DNA from: Planctomycetota bacterium
Lineage (GTDB): Bacteria; Planctomycetota; SZUA-567; H5-PLA8
Reading direction: 5' to 3'
Length of the DNA: 30,116 nucleotides
Assembly: GCA_045863855.1 (NCBI GenBank)
Contig: BTVV01000074.1
Span: 1 to 30,116, forward strand
Shown here in pieces: positions 1-9,679 of this stretch; the first letter of the stretch is position 1; the number at the start of each line of letters is the position of its first letter. The notes below the pieces were generated by a model, which saw only the letters and a program-made list of their open reading frames with translations, was not told where the DNA came from and searched no databases. Both the position numbers and the translations under genes were made by a program.

Positions 1-44
1 AGCGCGGTCTATACCACCTCGCGCACGTCGAGCAAAAATTCGAT

Positions 45-68
45 TCTGCTATAAATCTGCTATAAATC
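45..68. repeat. 11-bp tandem direct repeat (TCTGCTATAAA x2 plus TC)
   Basis: TCTGCTATAAA at 45-55 and 56-66 in an AT-rich non-coding patch. Confidence 0.7.
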
Positions 69-431
69 GCTGCTGCAAAGCGTATTTTTGCACGCAGGTG
101 CTTAGTGTCCGGGCGGCTATGCGCGAGGGGCTGAACGGGTGCATGTGGTGCGGGAGCCCAAAATGAGCGGCCTTCCGTGGCCTTCGGCGTCCGGCTGCGC
201 AGGGCGGTTACGCGTGTGCGTAAAAGGCCGAGGTTGTTCTGGGTTTTCCAGTTTCGGCGCGCGGGCCGAGTGCCTACCATGCGTGCGCTGGGGCGTGGTG
301 GAAGTGGGCGTATGGCGTGAGGGCGAGCGCGCGCCGGTGAGGCACGGAGCATCGCCCACGGCGTTTGATCCGTGGTACCCGGTGCCGGTCACCGGCTGAA
401 GTCACACAGAGCACTTCAAGGAGTGATCGCC

Positions 432-896
432 TTGACTGAGGACGAGCGCCAGAAGCTTGCCGTGTTGAAGAGCTCAATAAAGCTAGAATCCGATGCAGAT
501 TGGTCGGATTACATGAAGGTATGCACAGAACTTCCGATAACACCTGATCCTGAGGTTTTAGCGTCGATGCTCTCGATTCTCCGCGATACGCCAACCGGGG
601 ATCCATTATGGAACTTAATTGAAGCATGCGAAAGATTTCCTGAAGATATTTACATTAAGTGTCTGGTAAAGAGCGCATCATTGATATTCAAAAGCGCACC
701 CGAAGGGCTACGATTGATGCTATGCACTATTCTTAATGACGAAAAGCAGAACTACGCGATTCTCGCCGATGCTTTTGATGCATTAGACCAAGAAAACGTA
801 GCGTTTTTTCAGAGATACTCACCTGAATTGCTAAAAGTTTCACGCAAGTACGAAAGCACTCTAAGCAAGCTATTTTCCCGAAAGATAAATATGTGA
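432..896 (+). CDS. Imm30-like polymorphic-toxin immunity protein (orphan)
   Basis: ORF 372..896. Likely TTG start at 432, 8 nt after AAGGAG (418-423). Visibly AT-richer than its flanks. The alpha-helical segment GDPLWNLIEACERFPEDIYIKCLVKSASLIFKSAPEGLRLMLCTILN resembles the Imm30 family pattern as I recall it. Confidence 0.6.
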   Translation: MTEDERQKLAVLKSSIKLESDADWSDYMKVCTELPITPDPEVLASMLSILRDTPTGDPLWNLIEACERFPEDIYIKCLVKSASLIFKSAPEGLRLMLCTILNDEKQNYAILADAFDALDQENVAFFQRYSPELLKVSRKYESTLSKLFSRKINM

Positions 897-1177
897 TTCA
901 CTTAAACCTGCGCGAGTGGCCCAATGGGCGGGTGGCGCGGGCAGCCCATCCAACCGATCGTGAACGCGCTGCCCCTTTTGGATTTGGTGCCACGGGATGC
1001 GGACGTTCGCAACCCGTGCGATCACCACGTTTGAACGAGAGGCGCGAGAGGAGTTGCAATGCGTGGGCGACACACCTTCCGGCACTGGCTGCAAACGGCC
1101 GCAGCGCAGTGCCACTAGGTCAAAGAAGGGTACACGGAAAGGTGAGGCGTGAGCGTGCCACCCGCCGGACCAACGGC

Positions 1178-3268
1178 TTACTCCTGAAATCGGTAGGCGC
1201 GCAAGCGGCGCGGCCAGTAGTCGTCGGCTTTAAACCCATGCACCAGTTCGATGCCCAAGCGGTCGCCCACGCGCAGGTCCGAAACGTTCGCCCGCATCCC
1301 GTTCAGAAATAAGTCCGTGGCCCGGTCGATGTGCATCGTAAACGTCTGCTCGGGCGCTTGCATCCACGTTCGAAGCTGATTACGCACCCAGGTGTTTGAG
1401 CCCGCTTGCGCCATGGTCTCCTTCATCGCCGGCGAAGGATCGTTCCAGATCTCCAGGCCGATGTTTGGTTCGGACGGCGGAGGAAGCACCAGCTTAGCGG
1501 TGACCGTCGCGGACTCCGGATCGACCGCTTCGATCCGGGCGGTTGCCCAAAGCGGCGCGTGCCACGGGTTCCAGTAGGAGCCAAGGTCGTCGTTCAAGAT
1601 CACGAGGCGCGCCATTTTCTCGCCGGGTCGCTCGGGATCGCTCTGCCAGGTGACGCTCGCCGTTTGCCCGGCCGCAACGGCGGACAAGGCCACTCGCGTA
1701 TTTTTCTGGAGGATGCGCGTGTGTGCGTCCACGGAGAGGGTGACGGCTTGGCCGTCTTTGGCCGTCAGCGTAAGCGTGCCCGCGTTTGCATCGACGGCGG
1801 CAACCGGCAGCGAGTCGAGGGTCGGTGACGGCCGCCAGTCCGGAATCACCGGTTTCATGCCGGCCTTCCAGACGCCGCCCTCATCGAGCAGCGCTTTCAG
1901 GTTGCATTCGACCAACGACATCACCCGGGTAATGCGGCCGCCCAGGCCTTCCTTGGGGGGATCGAACCACATGAATTTGTGGCATTCCGGCTGGTTCCAT
2001 AAGCAGAACGAGACGGTTCCTTGGGTGTCCACGATATACACGCAGGTTTCGCCGCCGCTGTCGCCGTAGGCGTTCTGCACGCGGCATGCCGAATCGTCGA
2101 TCAGGTACGGCACGGTGACCGTCGGATACAACGCGTAGAATTTTTTCGTGTTCCAGCCGCGGTCTTCCATCGACATCGGATGATAGCTGCGCGATCCCGG
2201 GAAGGGGACGGCGCCCGGCTTCCCCGGCATGGCCCGGTCGTGGACCACGGAATAGACGAAGTAGATTTCCACCTTGTCTTTGATCGTTCGATACAACGGT
2301 TCCCATGCGGGCGCGCCGGTCCCGGACCAGGTCCACGTATCGGTGGGGTCCATGAACACCAGGATGACCGGCTTTTTGCCTTTGTGGTCCGAAAGCGTGA
2401 CGGTCTTCTCGTACGGGCACGCCCACGGCCGGACTCGGGCGCGCGGGCCCTTCGGCTTGCGTTCGGCTTCGGGGATGACTTCGTACCCGTTCATGACTTG
2501 AAGGAGCCGCGTCACCATCGCCGGCCGAAAAATGTCCAGTTCGTCAAAGGGGTCCCGGTCGGCGTACGCGGGACTGGCCCAGATTTCGCCGGCCACCGGC
2601 AGGGTGAAGTCCGGCGCGGGGGCGCCGGGCGCGAGGTACCCGCCGCGCGTCCACCCCAAGATGTAGGGAAGCCGATCGCCGGTGCAGTACCAGATGCGCG
2701 AGACCAGCATCGAACACAGACGCAATTCGTACAACTGCGCCCGTCCAAACGTGCGGTCGCCAAGGCCCGCAAACATGAGTTCGTTGCTGCGCTTCACGAT
2801 CCGGTCGCCGTACGCGGCAATATCGGGAGCGGCTTCGGGCTTGCGGCCGTTCTTGCACGCATTGTGGTAGGTGGACATCGCCTGCGCGTGATAGATGAGA
2901 AAGGTATCGTCAGCGCCGAGCGGGAATCCGGCTTCGCGCCAAGCCTTGTAACCTGCGGCGCCTTCCTGCATCCACCAAACGCGAAAGAGCTGGAGCGCCT
3001 CCCGGTACTTGGGCTCCCAGCGTTTGACGTTGCCTTCGTCTTTTCCCAGCATGGGCGCGACCGCCAGCGCCGCGCCGAGCAGGAACTTGGTTTTCTCGGG
3101 GTGCTCTTCTTCCCACTTCTTGCGCGCATCGGTCTCGGCCTTCACGACCTCGAGCCACTGCGCGGCCGTCTTCAGGTCTGCCTGGTCCGCAGGCTCTTCG
3201 GCCGCGCAACCGGCCGAGCCTAAGGCCATGAGGATGCACAAGCACGCCGCAATCGTTCTTAGATTCAT
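1178..3268 (-). CDS. Secreted/lipoprotein with central thioredoxin-fold (deiodinase/AhpC-like) domain and two C-terminal DUF5666-like OB-fold repeats
   Basis: ATG 3268 preceded by GAGGACAGG. Signal peptide MNLRTIAACLCILMALGSAGC. Motifs APAPDFTLP, TLSDHKGKKPVILVF, VEIYFVY, VPYLIDD, VYIVDTQGTV. Repeats VAAVDANAGTLTL..VDAHTRI and IEAVDPESATVT..IDRATDL..DLRVGDRL. Confidence 0.7.
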   Translation of the reverse strand: MNLRTIAACLCILMALGSAGCAAEEPADQADLKTAAQWLEVVKAETDARKKWEEEHPEKTKFLLGAALAVAPMLGKDEGNVKRWEPKYREALQLFRVWWMQEGAAGYKAWREAGFPLGADDTFLIYHAQAMSTYHNACKNGRKPEAAPDIAAYGDRIVKRSNELMFAGLGDRTFGRAQLYELRLCSMLVSRIWYCTGDRLPYILGWTRGGYLAPGAPAPDFTLPVAGEIWASPAYADRDPFDELDIFRPAMVTRLLQVMNGYEVIPEAERKPKGPRARVRPWACPYEKTVTLSDHKGKKPVILVFMDPTDTWTWSGTGAPAWEPLYRTIKDKVEIYFVYSVVHDRAMPGKPGAVPFPGSRSYHPMSMEDRGWNTKKFYALYPTVTVPYLIDDSACRVQNAYGDSGGETCVYIVDTQGTVSFCLWNQPECHKFMWFDPPKEGLGGRITRVMSLVECNLKALLDEGGVWKAGMKPVIPDWRPSPTLDSLPVAAVDANAGTLTLTAKDGQAVTLSVDAHTRILQKNTRVALSAVAAGQTASVTWQSDPERPGEKMARLVILNDDLGSYWNPWHAPLWATARIEAVDPESATVTAKLVLPPPSEPNIGLEIWNDPSPAMKETMAQAGSNTWVRNQLRTWMQAPEQTFTMHIDRATDLFLNGMRANVSDLRVGDRLGIELVHGFKADDYWPRRLRAYRFQE

Positions 3269-3632
3269 CCTGTCCTCGATCGATCCCTGTGAATGGGTAT
3301 ACACTCGTTTCGTCCGCATCGATTCGGATTCCCCGATACGTTCGAATTTTGTCTCTAAAATCCGTTGTAAATTACACGCAGGGCGCGTTGGCTGCGGAGC
3401 CGCCCCAAGGGATGTGAAGCGCTACCGGCCGTCGCGCGGGGCAGGCATAGGTAAAGTGCGCAAACCTGTGTAAAGCGTTCAAAGCGCGCCGGCGCAGGGG
3501 CCAGCGCGCGGGCGCAGCGCCGTGGGCACACGCGTTCGACTTTGATTCTGATTCAGGCCCGCGCCAATCGCCGGAATGCAGGGCCACTTATTCTATACCT
3601 TCTATACGAGTGGCGTCGGCTGCGGCATTCGG

Positions 3633-4058
3633 TCAAGCCCAGGTGCCTTCGCACAGCGGCGTGCCGGTTTCGAGCAGGGTTTTAAGGTTCTGCGAAATGA
3701 AGGGCCAGGCGTGGACCCAATTTTCGTGCAGTTCTTTGTGCGAACCGAAGCCCGAATGCTGGATGGTCAGGGTCGTGATGCGGCCGGAAGGTTCGATCGT
3801 GTAGTCGAGCTTCATGGCGGGCCAGGCGGGATCGTCTTTCTGCGAGTGGACGAGGCGTTTGTTGCGTTGAAGTTCCATTACGCGCCCGGTGGTCTTGCCG
3901 TCCCGGAAACTCCATTCTCCGCCTTTACGCAGCGCGTGCTTGTGCGGCTTGGTGTACCAGCGCGCCAGCGTCTTCGCATGGGTCAGCGCTTTCCAAACTT
4001 GGGCGGGCGTAGCGCGGACCCAAAGGCGAGTGGTAATCACGAGCGGTTTCTTGGCCAT
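3633..4058 (-). CDS. SRPBCC/AHSA1-family (START-like) protein
   Basis: ATG 4058 with upstream GGAG. Motifs ATPAQVWKALT..LARWY, GRVMELQRNKRLVHS, TTLTIQHSGF, and a C-terminal helix WPFISQNLKTLLETG. Confidence 0.85.
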   Translation of the reverse strand: MAKKPLVITTRLWVRATPAQVWKALTHAKTLARWYTKPHKHALRKGGEWSFRDGKTTGRVMELQRNKRLVHSQKDDPAWPAMKLDYTIEPSGRITTLTIQHSGFGSHKELHENWVHAWPFISQNLKTLLETGTPLCEGTWA

Positions 4059-4243
4059 GGCGGCAGGTATCTCCGTGAGGGTTCGTATGGCAGGCGGGCG
4101 GTCATTCCGATGACTGCGCTTTGGAAATGGGGCCACGGCGAAACGGCGCGAGGCCAACAACTCGGCACTAGAATCGTTTTAAGCCCAAAGGCCGACGTAC
4201 GCTGAAGTGCGTATCTTAGAAGTAAATCCACCCACTTAGAACC

Positions 4244-4273
4244 TTGCCACGTCCAACGTACATTGGTTATTAT
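4244..4273 (+). promoter_or_regulatory. Putative sigma70 promoter for the PAS kinase operon
   Basis: TTGCCA (4244-4249), 18-nt spacer, TATTAT (4268-4273), upstream of the TTG start at 4338. Confidence 0.45.
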
Positions 4274-4337
4274 TGGGGTTGAGTCATGGTATCGATGTCA
4301 GCGTATGCGTTTATAACCTGGAACGGATGAACGTCTT

Positions 4338-6095
4338 TTGAACCTCCCTTTCGAACGCCGCGACTTTCTGGAGTACCTCGTCGATTCGTGCCAGGACGCG
4401 ATCGTGGGCAAAGATCTGGACGGGACGATCGTGAGTTGGAACGCGGCAGCGGAGCGGTTGTACGGGTATGCGCGGGAGGAGGCGTTGGGGCGGCATATCT
4501 CGTTCATGGTTCCGGGCGAGTTGCGGGACGAGATCGCGGTGAACGTCGAGCGCATTCGCAGGGGCCAAGCGGTGGCGCCGTACGATACGACGCGGATTCG
4601 CAAGGACGGCCGTCCGATCGAGGTGTTGCTGGCGCTTTCGCCGGTGCGGGATGCGCAGGGCCGGGTGATCGGGGTCTCGTCGTTGGCTCGTGACGTGACA
4701 TCGATGCGGGCGAAGTTTCGCGGGCTGCTGGAGGCGGCTCCGGACGCGATGGTGGTGGTGAACCGGAGCGGCCAGATCGTGCTTTTGAACGCTCAAGCGG
4801 AGCGGTTGTTCGGGTACTCGCGGGAGGAGCTGCTGGGCAGCGACGTCGAGATTCTGGTTCCGCAGCGTTTTCAGCCGCGGCATGTGGAACACCGCACGCG
4901 TTACTTCACCGATCCTCGGGTGCGCGGGATGGGCACGGGGATGGAGTTGTACGGCCGGCGCAAGGACGGGACGGAGTTTCCGGTGGAGATCAGCTTGAGC
5001 CCGCTGGAGACGGAGGAGGGCGTGCTGGTCTCGAGCGCGATCCGGGACATCACGGAGCGGAAGAAGGCGGAGGCGAAGTTCCGCGATCTGTTGGAGTCGG
5101 CTCCGGACGCGATCGTGATCGTGAATTCGCAGGGCCGGATCGAGCTCCTGAACGCTCAGGCGGAGCGGCTTTTCGGCTACGGGCGCGCGGAGCTTCTGGG
5201 GCGGATGGTGGAGACGCTGGTGCCGGAGCGGTTCGACCGGCACGTGCAGCACCGCTCGGCTTACTTCAAGGATCCTCGCGTGCGCGGTATGGGCACGGGT
5301 ACGGAGCTTTTCGGCCGGCGCAAGGACGGGACGGAGTTTCCGGTGGAGATCAGCTTGAGCCCGCTGGAGACGGAGGACGGGATTCTGGTATCGAGCGCGA
5401 TCCGGGACATCACGGAGCGCAAGGCGGCGGAGCAGGCGCTGAAGCGGTCGCTGGACGAGAAGGAAGTGCTGCTGCGCGAGATCCATCACCGGGTGAAGAA
5501 CAACCTGCAGATCGTTTCGAGCCTGTTGAACTTGCAGGCAGAAACGGCGCCCAGTCCGCAGACGCGGGATTTGCTGCGCGAGACGCACGACCGTATCCGT
5601 TCGATGGCGTTGGTGCATGAGATGCTGTTCCGTGGCGCGAATTTGGCGGGGGTGGATCTGGCGGCGTATCTGGACAGTCTGGTGGCGTATCTCTTTCGCG
5701 CGTACAAGGCCGATCCCGCGAAGGTGCGGGCGGACGTGCATACGGCCGCGGCGCACTTGGATCTGGACACGGCGATTCCGACGGGGCTGCTGATTACGGA
5801 GCTGGTTTCGAACAGTTTGAAGCATGCGTTTCCGGGGAGCCGGTCGGGTTCGATCCGGGTGGCGATCGAGAGCGCGGCGGACGGGACGTTGACGATCCAG
5901 GTGGAAGACGACGGCGTGGGGATGCCGCCGGACGCCGATTCGAAGGGCGGTACGCTGGGCTTGAAGCTGATCGAAGGGTTGTCGATGCAGTTGAACGGCA
6001 CGCTGGAGCGTCCGCCGCGCGAGCACGGCACGGCACACCGCGTGCGTTTTCGTCCCGTGGCGAAGAAGGCCTCGCTGCACGCCTCGCATGGTTGA
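4338..6095 (+). CDS. Cytoplasmic sensor histidine kinase, 3x PAS/PAC + HisKA_2 + HATPase
   Basis: Three PAS/PAC units. H-box [11 protein letters not shown] (HisKA_2 type), N-box [12 protein letters not shown]-box VEDDGVGMP and GLKLI. No TM segment. Confidence 0.92.
   Translation: MNLPFERRDFLEYLVDSCQDAIVGKDLDGTIVSWNAAAERLYGYAREEALGRHISFMVPGELRDEIAVNVERIRRGQAVAPYDTTRIRKDGRPIEVLLALSPVRDAQGRVIGVSSLARDVTSMRAKFRGLLEAAPDAMVVVNRSGQIVLLNAQAERLFGYSREELLGSDVEILVPQRFQPRHVEHRTRYFTDPRVRGMGTGMELYGRRKDGTEFPVEISLSPLETEEGVLVSSAIRDITERKKAEAKFRDLLESAPDAIVIVNSQGRIELLNAQAERLFGYGRAELLGRMVETLVPERFDRHVQHRSAYFKDPRVRGMGTGTELFGRRKDGTEFPVEISLSPLETEDGILVSSAIRDITERKAAEQALKRSLDEKEVLLREIHHRVKNNLQIVSSLLNLQAETAPSPQTRDLLRETHDRIRSMALVHEMLFRGANLAGVDLAAYLDSLVAYLFRAYKADPAKVRADVHTAAAHLDLDTAIPTGLLITELVSNSLKHAFPGSRSGSIRVAIESAADGTLTIQVEDDGVGMPPDADSKGGTLGLKLIEGLSMQLNGTLERPPREHGTAHRVRFRPVAKKASLHASHG
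4701..5420 (+). repeat. Intragenic tandem duplication of a PAS-PAC module, 360-bp period
   Basis: PAS2 and PAS3 align at exactly 360 bp offset. 66 nt are identical at 4952-5017 and 5312-5377. Outer limits are approximate. Confidence 0.85.
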
Positions 6096-6139
6096 ACCGC
6101 CGGATCACGCCGGACTGCGGCGGTATGTGGAGCCGAACC

Positions 6140-8062
6140 ATGACACACGCGAAGGTAATGGTCGTCGAAGACGAAGCGATCATATCGATGGACCTGCAGA
6201 ACCGTCTGCGCAAGCTGGGCTACGCGGTTGCCGGAACGGCGGCGCGCGGCGAGGACGTGCTGCCGCGGGCGCGCGCCTGCGGCCCCGACCTGGTGCTGAT
6301 GGACATCATGCTGGGCGGCGAGATGGACGGGATCGAGGCGGCGTCTCGGGTGCGCGGCGAGCTGGATTTGCCGGTGATATTCGTGACGGCGCACAGCGAC
6401 GAGGCGACGCTGCGCCGAGCGAAGATCACGGAGCCGTACGGGTACGTGCTCAAACCGTTCGAAGACCGCGAGATCGTGACATCGGTGGAGATCGCGCTGT
6501 ACCGGCACCGTGCGGACCGCAAGCTGCGCGGCATGGAACGCTGGCTCGCGATGACGCTAAAGAGCATCGGGGACGGGGTGATTGCGACGGACCTGGACGG
6601 TAAAGTCACGTTCCTGAACGGGGAGGCGGAGCGCCTGACGGGCTGGCCGGCGCTGGACGCGCTGGGGCAACCGTTTACGGAGGTCTTCCACGCGGTGCAT
6701 ACGCGCACGGAGGCGCCGATCGAAAATCCGGTGGCCCGGGTGCTGCGCGAGGGCCTCGCGATCGGGTTGCCCGCGGATACGACGCTGATCGGGCGAACCG
6801 GGACGCGCGTGGATGTCGAAGACTGTGCGGCGCCGATGCGCGACGAAAACGGCCGGGTGACCGGCGCGGTGCTGGTGTTCCGCGACGCCTCGAAGCAGCG
6901 CCAAGTCGAGGAGAAGCTGCGCCAGGCGGAAGAGTGGCAGGAGCAGATGCGCAAGCTGGAGTCGCTGGGCAGCCTGACGGGCGGCGTGGCTCACGATTTC
7001 AACAACCTGATGACGATCGTGATGGGCTACAGCGACATGCTGTTGAAGATGCGGGATGATGTGGACGACGAGTCCCGCCAGAAAGGCTTGCAGTCGATCC
7101 GCAACGCGGCGGAACGGGCGGCGGCGCTGACCCGTCAACTGCTTACCTTTGGCCGGCGGCACACGATCAAGCCGGAGGCGCTCAACCTGTGCGAACAGAC
7201 GGGCAAGCTGCTGGATGCGCTGCGGCGATTGATCGGGGAGCACATCGAGATCGTGACGCATTTCCCGGCGGAACCGGCCAAGACGATGATCGATCCGGTG
7301 CAATTGGACCAGATTCTGATCAACCTGGCGGCGAATGCCCGGGATGCGATGCCGAACGGCGGGACGCTCACGATCGAGACGTGCGTGCGCGCGGTCCCGG
7401 ATGAAGGCGAGTACGCGGTGCTCTCGGTCCGCGATACGGGCACGGGGATCGACGATGCGACGCGCGCGCGGATCTTCGAGCCGTTCTTTACCACGAAGAA
7501 GGTGGGCACCGGCACGGGCATCGGCCTCTCGACGGTGCATGCCATCGTGTCGCATTACGGCGGCCGGATCGAAGTGGATACGTTGCCGGGCCAGGGCAGT
7601 TGTTTCCGCGTCCTGCTGCCGCGGCACACGGAAAATGCCCAAGCCAAGGCGGCGCCCGCGGAAGGCGCGATAACGGGCGGCCGCGAGACGATCCTGGTGG
7701 TGGAGGATGACGCCGCGGTGCGAACGCTGGTCTGCGAGGTGCTGGGCACGCTGGGCTATTCGACGCTGGAAGCCGAAGGGCCGGCTCGCGCCATCGAGTT
7801 GTTGCGGCAGCACCAGCCCCACGTAGCTATGGTCATTTCAGACCTGATCATGCCCGGCATGAACGGCGTGGACCTGCTGAACGAGCTACGCTCGATCCAG
7901 CCGAACCTAGGTGCGCTTTTTATGTCCGGCTATCTGGAAAACCCACTGCATCACCGGTTGTTGTCCTCCGTTCGGACGGATTTCATCGCCAAGCCGTTTA
8001 CTCCGCGCGCGCTGGCGCTGAGCCTGCGCGGCGTGCTCGATATGCCGCAGCAGGCAAGTTGA
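6140..8062 (+). CDS. Hybrid sensor kinase REC-PAS-HisKA-HATPase-REC (CckA-like architecture)
   Basis: ATG 6140 with GGAG. Motifs VMVVEDE..DLVLMDIML..KPF, GGVAHDFNNLMT, NLAANARDAMP, RDTGTGID..FEPFFTTK..GTGIGL, and a C-terminal ILVVEDD..ISDLIMPGMNG..AKPF. Confidence 0.93.
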   Translation: MTHAKVMVVEDEAIISMDLQNRLRKLGYAVAGTAARGEDVLPRARACGPDLVLMDIMLGGEMDGIEAASRVRGELDLPVIFVTAHSDEATLRRAKITEPYGYVLKPFEDREIVTSVEIALYRHRADRKLRGMERWLAMTLKSIGDGVIATDLDGKVTFLNGEAERLTGWPALDALGQPFTEVFHAVHTRTEAPIENPVARVLREGLAIGLPADTTLIGRTGTRVDVEDCAAPMRDENGRVTGAVLVFRDASKQRQVEEKLRQAEEWQEQMRKLESLGSLTGGVAHDFNNLMTIVMGYSDMLLKMRDDVDDESRQKGLQSIRNAAERAAALTRQLLTFGRRHTIKPEALNLCEQTGKLLDALRRLIGEHIEIVTHFPAEPAKTMIDPVQLDQILINLAANARDAMPNGGTLTIETCVRAVPDEGEYAVLSVRDTGTGIDDATRARIFEPFFTTKKVGTGTGIGLSTVHAIVSHYGGRIEVDTLPGQGSCFRVLLPRHTENAQAKAAPAEGAITGGRETILVVEDDAAVRTLVCEVLGTLGYSTLEAEGPARAIELLRQHQPHVAMVISDLIMPGMNGVDLLNELRSIQPNLGALFMSGYLENPLHHRLLSSVRTDFIAKPFTPRALALSLRGVLDMPQQAS

Positions 8063-8196
8063 CGCCCGGCGCCTACCCCGCTCCATTGCGCTTCGCGATG
8101 CGGCCCGCCCCAAGCGCACCTCTATCGAGGCTTCCTGCCGGATGCGCCGAAAGCGCCTTTCGATTAGGCTGTAGTGGTCCCTTTTCTGGAGGCGCT

Positions 8197-9300
8197 ATGC
8201 GCGGGTTACTCGCGGCGGTTTGGGCGGTCTGGATCCTGGCGGCCGCGGCTTCGGCGGGCGAGGCGGCGAGCGACGTGTGGATCGTTTCGGGGCAGTCGAA
8301 CGCTTGCGGACGCGCGCCGGCTCCGGGCTACGAAGAGCATGCGCTGGTCCAGATGTCGGCGGGGAACAAGTGGGTGCCGGCGAAGGAACCGCTGCCGCTG
8401 GGCGGATCGGTCGGCCCGTGGCTGGCGGCGGCGGTGGAGACGGCGAAGGCGTCGGGCTTCGGGGTCAAGATCACGGGCTGGGCCAGCGGCGGTCAGCCGA
8501 TCACGATCTGGGAGGAAAGCGGGAGCGGCTGGCGCGCGTTGAGCGCGGCGATCAAGGCTTCGGGGAAAAACGCGGGCGTCTTTCTGTGGTATCAGGGCGA
8601 AAGCGACGCGATGAACAAGATGACGCAGGACGAGTACGAGACGCGGCTGACGGACCTGATCCGGCGCGTGCGCGCGGAAGCGGGGAATCCGGCGATGCAG
8701 GTGGCGATCGTGCAGATCTCGCGCTTCGGGAACGCCACGGCGACGTCGATGGAGATCCGCGAGGCGCAGCGGCAGGTGGTGCTGAAAGATCCGCACGCGC
8801 TGCTGGTGACGGCGATCGGCCGGAAGTGCGACGGGGTGCATTTGTATAAGGAAGGCTACTTCGAATTGGGAGCGGAACTTTCGCGCGCGCTGCTCAAGAC
8901 GCGCTACGGCAAGAAGGACACGGACTGGCCGGGGCCGGTGCTGGACGCGGCGGTGCTGGGGAGCGACGGGAAGACGGTGGGAGTGCATTTCGCGGAAGTG
9001 CGCAAGCTGGCGGGTGCGCTGGCGGCGGATTTCGGCGCGGTGGACGCCGACGGGCTGGTGAAGTGCGTGAAGGTTCAGGCCGAATCGACACGAGCGGTGC
9101 TGACCTTGGAGCGCGCGGTCAAGCTTCCGGCGAAGGCGGTGTACGGATTCGGTCAGGCTCCGGAGGCGACGCTGGTGGACGAGGCGGGGAACCGCGCGCC
9201 GGCGGTGATGCTGGAACTGTCGGGCGGCGCGTTGCCCGCGGATGCTCCGACGCAGTGCCCGAATGGCGCGGGGGCGAAGCCGGGTGCGGGGAAGAAGTAG
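8197..9300 (+). CDS. Secreted SGNH carbohydrate acetylesterase (SASA / CE6-like)
   Basis: GGAGG RBS then ATG 8197. Signal peptide. Motifs GQSNA, GG.PI, WYQGESD and DGVH, plus a C-terminal beta extension. Confidence 0.88.
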   Translation: MRGLLAAVWAVWILAAAASAGEAASDVWIVSGQSNACGRAPAPGYEEHALVQMSAGNKWVPAKEPLPLGGSVGPWLAAAVETAKASGFGVKITGWASGGQPITIWEESGSGWRALSAAIKASGKNAGVFLWYQGESDAMNKMTQDEYETRLTDLIRRVRAEAGNPAMQVAIVQISRFGNATATSMEIREAQRQVVLKDPHALLVTAIGRKCDGVHLYKEGYFELGAELSRALLKTRYGKKDTDWPGPVLDAAVLGSDGKTVGVHFAEVRKLAGALAADFGAVDADGLVKCVKVQAESTRAVLTLERAVKLPAKAVYGFGQAPEATLVDEAGNRAPAVMLELSGGALPADAPTQCPNGAGAKPGAGKK

Positions 9301-9571
9301 GGGGTCGTTCGCTTAGTATGTAAATGAGCGCGAGCATGAGGATTGCGGCAACCACGATTAGGACTAATCCGGGCCCGTACCATTCCCAATGCTCATGGAT
9401 CTCACCTGTATCTACATTATGTGTGTGCCAAGAGGCATAAATAGGAAAGGGCCAACCGTAGTATCGCTCATTCGACGAGAGTCGAATATTCAGCAGCAAC
9501 AAACCAGTTCCAGCCATGAATAGTATAAAGCGTGTACTAGTGCGTAATCCAAACTCCATCTTGTCGGCCAT
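9119..9571 (-). CDS. Small two-TM membrane protein (YGWP motif), AT-richer, 3' end running into the convergent esterase gene
   Basis: EFGLRTSTRFILFMAGTGLLLLNIR..YYGWPFPIY..GLVLIVVAAILMLALIYIL has two hydrophobic helices. 9310-9600 is AT-richer than its flanks. The frame overlaps 8197..9300 by about 180 bp, and that tail is probably spurious. Confidence 0.5.
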   Translation of the reverse strand: MADKMEFGLRTSTRFILFMAGTGLLLLNIRLSSNERYYGWPFPIYASWHTHNVDTGEIHEHWEWYGPGLVLIVVAAILMLALIYILSERPPTSSPHPASPPRHSGTASEHPRATRRPTVPASPPARGSPPRPPASPPEPDRIRTPPSPEA

Positions 9572-9679
9572 GAAATAGCCCGATAGCTTCAATTATCGCG
9601 CTGGATTCACCAGCCGAATTCAATCTATCGCACGCCGGATCGTGCAGTCTGTACGAATCTAGTAAAAGGTTGATTGCAC

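Noticed and set aside
333..1170. Integron cassette (attC) around the Imm30-like gene
   Set aside because: I could not identify RYYYAAC/GTTRRRY core sites bounding an imperfect palindrome, and no integrase is present.
1178..3268. Selenoprotein (Sec read-through) in the deiodinase-like domain
   Set aside because: The frame is open with no in-frame TGA, and the equivalent position encodes Asp/Thr.
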